NCBI GenBank assembly: GCA_937927775.1
Contig: CALBEF010000013.1
Span: 52,079 to 116,078, forward strand
From: an uncultured Anaerolineae bacterium
Lineage (GTDB): Bacteria > Chloroflexota > Anaerolineae > J036 > Brachytrichaceae
Reading direction: 5' to 3'
Length of the DNA stretch: 64,000 nucleotides
Numbering within the stretch: position 1 is the stretch's first letter; each line of letters begins with the position of its first letter. Under the pieces are notes generated by a model. It was not told the DNA's origin. It made no database searches and was given only the letters and a program-made list of their open reading frames with translations. Both the position numbers and the translations under genes were made by a program. Below, piece after piece: positions 60,010 through 64,000 of the stretch.

Positions 60010-61274
60010 TGGACAAGCATGTATTGTTGCGCGATCTGGATGCGCCGAATATCCGCGAACTGGCGGTGTATGAGGCCAACGACGGCTACGCGGCCTGGCG
60101 CAGGGCGCTCACCGACATGAAGCCGGAAGAAGTGGTCGCGGTTGTCAAGGATTCCGGCCTGCGCGGGCGCGGCGGCGCCGGCTTCCCCGCCGGCCTGAAG
60201 TGGAGCTTCATCCCCAGAGACATCTTCCCCAAGTACGTCGTTGTCAACGGCGACGAAAGCGAAGCCGGCACGTTCAAGGATCATCAGCTTCTTGACAACA
60301 ATCCGCACCAGGTCATCGAAGGCACTGCCCTGTGCGCCTACGCCGTGCAGGCCAACACGGCTTATATCTACCTGCGCGGCGAATTCCTGGAGCCATCGCG
60401 GACATTGCAAAAGGCAATTGACGAAGCGTATGCCGCCGGCCTGCTGGGCAGGAACATTCTGGGCACGGGCTACAACCTGGACATTCACATTCACCTGGGA
60501 GCCGGCGCGTACATCTGCGGCGAGGAAACCGCGCTCCTGTCGTCGCTTGAAGGGCAACTGGGCCAGCCGCGCCTGCGCCCGCCCTTCCCCGCTGTGCAAG
60601 GGTTGTACGCCAAGCCAACCGTCATCAACAATGTGGAGACGCTGGCCAATGTGCCGCCCATCGTGTTGAACGGCGCGCAGTGGTACCGCCAGTTCGGCAC
60701 CGAGAAAAGCCCCGGCACCAAAATCTTCTGTGTCAGCGGGCGGGTGAACAAGCCGGGCAACTACGAGCTGCCGCTGGGCCAGCACACCATCCGCGAGTTG
60801 ATCGAGATGGCCGGCGGGACAATTAACAACCGTCCGGTCAAGGGTGTCTTGCCGGCGGGGTCGTCGGCGCCCATTCTGCCGGCCAGCGCGCTCGACACAA
60901 AGCTCGACTACGAAAGTATGCAGGCGGCCGGCTCGCTGCTCGGCTCGGCGTCCTTCGTCATCCTCGACGACACCGTGGACATCGTCTGGGCGGCGCGCAA
61001 GATGGTGCGCTTCTTCAAGCACGAGTCGTGCGGCAAATGCACGCCGTGCCGCGAAGGCACGCACTGGGCGATGAATCTGTACGACAAGATCATCAGCGGG
61101 AAAGGCTCCCTGCACGATGTGGACATGCTGGCCGAGGTCGCCAACAGCATGGCCGGCAAATGTTTCTGTCTGTTGGGCGAGTTTGCCACCAGCCCGATTC
61201 TGAGCACGCTCAAACACTTCCGGCCCGAATACGAGAAGTGGGTCTCGGAGTCCGGGGCGCTCGCCGGTGCGTAA
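60006..61274 (+). CDS. nuoF: NADH-quinone oxidoreductase subunit F
   Basis: GLRGRGGAGFPAGLKWSF (FMN site), YICGEETALLSSLEG, ESCGKCTPCREG (N3 cluster). Confidence 0.95.
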   Translation: MMDKHVLLRDLDAPNIRELAVYEANDGYAAWRRALTDMKPEEVVAVVKDSGLRGRGGAGFPAGLKWSFIPRDIFPKYVVVNGDESEAGTFKDHQLLDNNPHQVIEGTALCAYAVQANTAYIYLRGEFLEPSRTLQKAIDEAYAAGLLGRNILGTGYNLDIHIHLGAGAYICGEETALLSSLEGQLGQPRLRPPFPAVQGLYAKPTVINNVETLANVPPIVLNGAQWYRQFGTEKSPGTKIFCVSGRVNKPGNYELPLGQHTIRELIEMAGGTINNRPVKGVLPAGSSAPILPASALDTKLDYESMQAAGSLLGSASFVILDDTVDIVWAARKMVRFFKHESCGKCTPCREGTHWAMNLYDKIISGKGSLHDVDMLAEVANSMAGKCFCLLGEFATSPILSTLKHFRPEYEKWVSESGALAGA

Positions 61275-61449
61275 TCACGCGCACAACGTCTGAGCTCGTT
61301 TTTCGAGTGGCTGACAGTATTGCAATTCTGGCTTGAAGTTCTGAAAGGAGATCAATCGTATCCGGTTATAGCGGCAGATGATGATGGCTGCGCGCGACTA
61401 ATGAGGTGTGCGGATGTGGATGCGTTCCCATATCCGATACAGGAGACAC

Positions 61450-62169
61450 ATGAACTTGCGCAACCTCACGCTGTCGTTTGTGGCCGTTTTGCTTGCGTTG
61501 CCGTTGTCTCTGCCTGGCGCGAATGCTGCCGGCGGGCAGCCGCCGCCGATTGTGCCGTTGGGAGACATTAGCCCAACAGACGAGGGTAAGACCCTCACCG
61601 TTGAGGGCGCGGTGGTTGACACGGAGAATTTCTCGTCCGGCTTCAAGTTGCACATCAACGACGGGTCGGCGCAGGTGGTTGTGTTGATCTGGGCCAGCGA
61701 CTGGGATCACATCTACGACACGTATCACATCAACGTCGGCGCAGTGATCCGCGTGACCGGCCAGGTCGATGTCTATCGCGGGCAGATCGAGATTGTGCCC
61801 AAACGGGGCAGCGACGTGAAAGTGGTCAAATGGGCCAAACGCAACTGGCGCAAGTACGCGCTGGGCGGCATGAATGGCAACGACCACAATGCGGTGGTGT
61901 GGGTTGAAGGCTGGATTGCCGACATCACGCCGGCCCGCGATGGCGCGTATTTGCTGATCTACGATGACACCGGCGCGCAGAAGGTGCATCTGTACGATGT
62001 CGTGGCGCGGCGCATCCCGCGACAGGAGCAGTTGTGGGTCGGCCAGCGCGTGAGCATCGTCGGGCGTGTGCGCGCCAGGCGGCGCGTGGGCATTGAGATC
62101 GTGCCGGCCCTGCCGCACGATGTGTATGTCGCAGCCGGCGACGCCGACGCAGGAGGCGAGTCGAAATGA
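61450..62169 (+). CDS. Secreted protein with two OB-fold (tRNA_anti-like) repeats, paralog 1
   Basis: Signal peptide MNLRNLTLSFVAVLLALPLSLPGANA. OB-like units TVEGAVVDTENFSSGFKLHINDGSAQVVVLIW...IRVTGQVDVYRGQIEIVP and VWVEGWIADI...LLIYDDTGAQKVHLY...VSIVGRV. AGGAG Shine-Dalgarno upstream. Confidence 0.6.
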   Translation: MNLRNLTLSFVAVLLALPLSLPGANAAGGQPPPIVPLGDISPTDEGKTLTVEGAVVDTENFSSGFKLHINDGSAQVVVLIWASDWDHIYDTYHINVGAVIRVTGQVDVYRGQIEIVPKRGSDVKVVKWAKRNWRKYALGGMNGNDHNAVVWVEGWIADITPARDGAYLLIYDDTGAQKVHLYDVVARRIPRQEQLWVGQRVSIVGRVRARRRVGIEIVPALPHDVYVAAGDADAGGESK

Positions 62170-62846
62170 AGACGCGCTTCACTGCCATCGGGTTGAGCGC
62201 GCTGGCTGCGCTCGTGGGCGCGGGTGTTGTGTGGGCCGCCGGCCGTCCGGTGACGCCGATCGGGCAAATCAGCGCCAAAGATGTCGGCGCGGTGGTGGCG
62301 ATCAGTGGCGTGGTCAGCGACACGAGCAACTTTTCCGCCGGCTTCAAGTTCGTGATTTCGGACGCGACCGGCGCGCTGCCGGTGACGCTGTTCACGCGGC
62401 TGTATGATGAGATCGACGCGCCGGCCCGGCTGAATGTCGGCGCGCTGGTTACAATGACCGGCAAGCTGAATCAGTACAAGGGCGCGCTCGAACTGGCGCC
62501 GGCCAGACTGTCGGATGTGCAAATCGGCGCGATCATTGCGCCGCCGCCCGCGCTGACGCAAACAACGGGCCGAATCACGGCGCGGCAGGGCGAGCGGGTG
62601 GTCATTTCCGGCACGATCGCCAAAGTCGAGCCGTTCAAGTCCGGCGTGAAGTTGATCGTGGATGACGGCAGCGGCCCGCGCCGCGTGACCCTGTTCAACG
62701 CAGTGCGCGAGCGCATTCCGGCGGGAGACAAACTGACGCCGGGCGCGCGGGTGCGCGTGATCGGCAAAGTGAATGTGTATCGCAAGGTGGCCGAAATCGC
62801 CGTCGCCTTGCCATACGACGTGATGGTGTTGGAGAGCAAAAAGTAG
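62166..62846 (+). CDS. Secreted protein with two OB-fold (tRNA_anti-like) repeats, paralog 2
   Basis: Signal peptide MKTRFTAIGLSALAALVGAGVVWA. VAISGVVSDTSNFSAGFKFVISDATGALPVTLF...VTMTGKLNQYKGALELAP and VVISGTIAKVEPFKSGVKLIVDDGSGPRRVTLF...VRVIGKVNVYRKVAEI. ATGA overlap with paralog 1. Confidence 0.6.
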   Translation: MKTRFTAIGLSALAALVGAGVVWAAGRPVTPIGQISAKDVGAVVAISGVVSDTSNFSAGFKFVISDATGALPVTLFTRLYDEIDAPARLNVGALVTMTGKLNQYKGALELAPARLSDVQIGAIIAPPPALTQTTGRITARQGERVVISGTIAKVEPFKSGVKLIVDDGSGPRRVTLFNAVRERIPAGDKLTPGARVRVIGKVNVYRKVAEIAVALPYDVMVLESKK

Positions 62847-62851
62847 GTTCA

Positions 62852-64000
62852 ATGGCTGACCTGGTTAATCTCACAATCGATGGACGAGCGGTCGCCGTGC
62901 CGAAAGGCACGGTGATCGTTGATGCGGCCAAGAAGCTGGGCATTGATATTCCGGTGTTCTGTTATCACCCCAAGCTGAAGCCGGTCGGCATGTGCCGGAT
63001 GTGCCTGGTCGAAGTCGGCACGCCCAGGGTTGACCCGGCCACAAAGCAGGTGGTGAAGGACGACGCCGGCAATGTGGTCATCGCCTGGATGCCCAAGCTG
63101 CAAACCGCCTGCACCACAACGGTGAGCGAGGGCATGTCGGTGCGCACGAACACCCCGCAGGTGGCCGACGCGCGCGAGGACATTCTGGAGTTTCTGCTCA
63201 CCAGCCACCCGCTTGACTGTCCTGTCTGCGACAAGGGCGGCGAGTGCCCGTTGCAAAACCTCACCATGGGCTACGGGCCGGGCATGAGCCGGTTCGATTA
63301 CGAGGCCAAGCAGCGCAACGACAAGCATGTGCCGCTGGGCGACCTGATCTTCCTCGACCGCGAGCGGTGCATCCAGTGCGGACGTTGTGTGCGATTTCAG
63401 GACGATGTGGCCGGCGACCCCGTGCTTCAGTTTCACGAGCGCGGCCGGCACATGGAGATCGTCACGTTCAGCGACCCGCCGTTCGATTCGTATTTCAGCG
63501 GCAACACCACCGACATCTGCCCGGTCGGGGCGCTGACCACGGCCGACTTCCGCTTCAAGGCCCGGCCCTGGGAGCTGGCCAGCAGCCAGAGCGTGTGCCT
63601 GCACTGCCCGGTCGGCTGCAACATCACGCTCAACACGCGCCTGGAGACGCGCACGGGCGGCTACGAGATCAAGCGCGTCATGCCGCGCCAGAACGAGCAG
63701 GTCAACGAAATCTGGATGTGCGACAAGGGCCGTTTTGTCCACCATTTCACGCGCGCCGCAGACCGCCTGAAGATCCCCCTGGTTCGGGACGCCAGCGGCC
63801 AACTGGTCGAGACAAGCTGGGAAGAGGCGTTGACGCGCGTCGCCGGCAAGCTGGGCGCGGGCGCAGCAGTGGCCGGCGTGATCGGCGACCGCATCCCCAA
63901 CGAAGACGCTTTCCTGTTTGCGCAGCTATTCCGTGACACACTGGGACGCGCTGATCGTCGGCAGGCCGGCGTGTTCGTCTCGCCGCGCGTGCCGGCTGCC
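62852..64000 (+). CDS. nuoG: NADH-quinone oxidoreductase subunit G (N-terminal 383 codons; runs off the right edge)
   Basis: MADLVNLTIDGRAVAVPKGTVIVDAAKKLGIDIPVFCYHPKLKPVGMCRMCLVEV..., SHPLDCPVCDKGGECPLQ, CIQCGRCVRF. It has no stop inside the window, so it is absent from the ORF track. Confidence 0.93.
   Translation, partial: MADLVNLTIDGRAVAVPKGTVIVDAAKKLGIDIPVFCYHPKLKPVGMCRMCLVEVGTPRVDPATKQVVKDDAGNVVIAWMPKLQTACTTTVSEGMSVRTNTPQVADAREDILEFLLTSHPLDCPVCDKGGECPLQNLTMGYGPGMSRFDYEAKQRNDKHVPLGDLIFLDRERCIQCGRCVRFQDDVAGDPVLQFHERGRHMEIVTFSDPPFDSYFSGNTTDICPVGALTTADFRFKARPWELASSQSVCLHCPVGCNITLNTRLETRTGGYEIKRVMPRQNEQVNEIWMCDKGRFVHHFTRAADRLKIPLVRDASGQLVETSWEEALTRVAGKLGAGAAVAGVIGDRIPNEDAFLFAQLFRDTLGRADRRQAGVFVSPRVPAA

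Noticed and set aside
1-64000. Mobile elements, prophage, tRNA/rRNA genes
   Set aside because: I found no transposase, integrase, phage structural gene, tRNA cloverleaf-like or rRNA-like sequence while reading both strands. The only compositional anomalies are the Fic gene, the nuoF-OB spacer and the DUF4160/DUF2442 patch.

Overview
GC-rich bacterial chromosomal segment, roughly 65% GC from hand counts of sample lines, and almost entirely coding. All calls come from reading the sequence and the ORF translations; no database search was run. I did not recognise any rRNA, tRNA, CRISPR array, transposase or integrase.

Gene content, left to right:
- A membrane-arm-only complex I cluster on the minus strand (nuoA-H-J-K-L).
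- Cell-wall remodelling genes: LysM/M23 peptidase, PIG-L deacetylase, LysM L,D-transpeptidase.
- An SPFH protein followed by an atypical NAD-kinase-like protein.
- clpS, then a YabN-like methylase-MazG fusion.
- Two tandem paralogous SH3b lipoproteins.
- An RHH protein, a metallophosphoesterase and an NrtR-like Nudix regulator.
- A large M23 peptidase, a biotinyl-carrier protein and rdgB.
- A small accessory islet: EAD-like small protein, Mrr, DUF2690, DinB, AbiEi/AbiEii.
- metH.
- An aromatic amino-acid operon on the minus strand: aroH, two DAHP synthases, tyrA, aroA, aroE, pepC, aroC, aroK-aroB fusion.
- A pseudouridine synthase, then queG translationally coupled to a 1507-aa S8 protease.
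- A NarL-type two-component system, an MNT/HEPN pair and a YdiJ-like FAD/Fe-S oxidoreductase.
- A DUF4160/DUF2442 pair and two RNA methyltransferases.
- A second complex I cluster (nuoA-B-C-D-E-F-G), interrupted by a low-GC Fic gene and by two secreted tandem-OB-fold genes.

Most interesting observations:
1. A Phe/Tyr/Trp-rich 35-codon leader ORF plus an intrinsic terminator sits in front of the whole aro operon. This is a candidate ribosome-mediated attenuator.
2. At least 23 arrays of 7-, 8- and 9-nt short tandem repeats from a few recurring families. About half are inserted in frame inside conserved genes, with a strand bias that avoids stop codons and hydrophobic peptides.
3. Foreign or accessory genes are wedged inside the nuo operon: Fic between nuoD and nuoE, and two signal-peptide OB-fold paralogs between nuoF and nuoG.
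4. A tightly spaced (4-nt gap) SPFH plus NAD-kinase-like pair.

Many long ORFs in the track are antisense shadows of real genes, as expected at this GC content.
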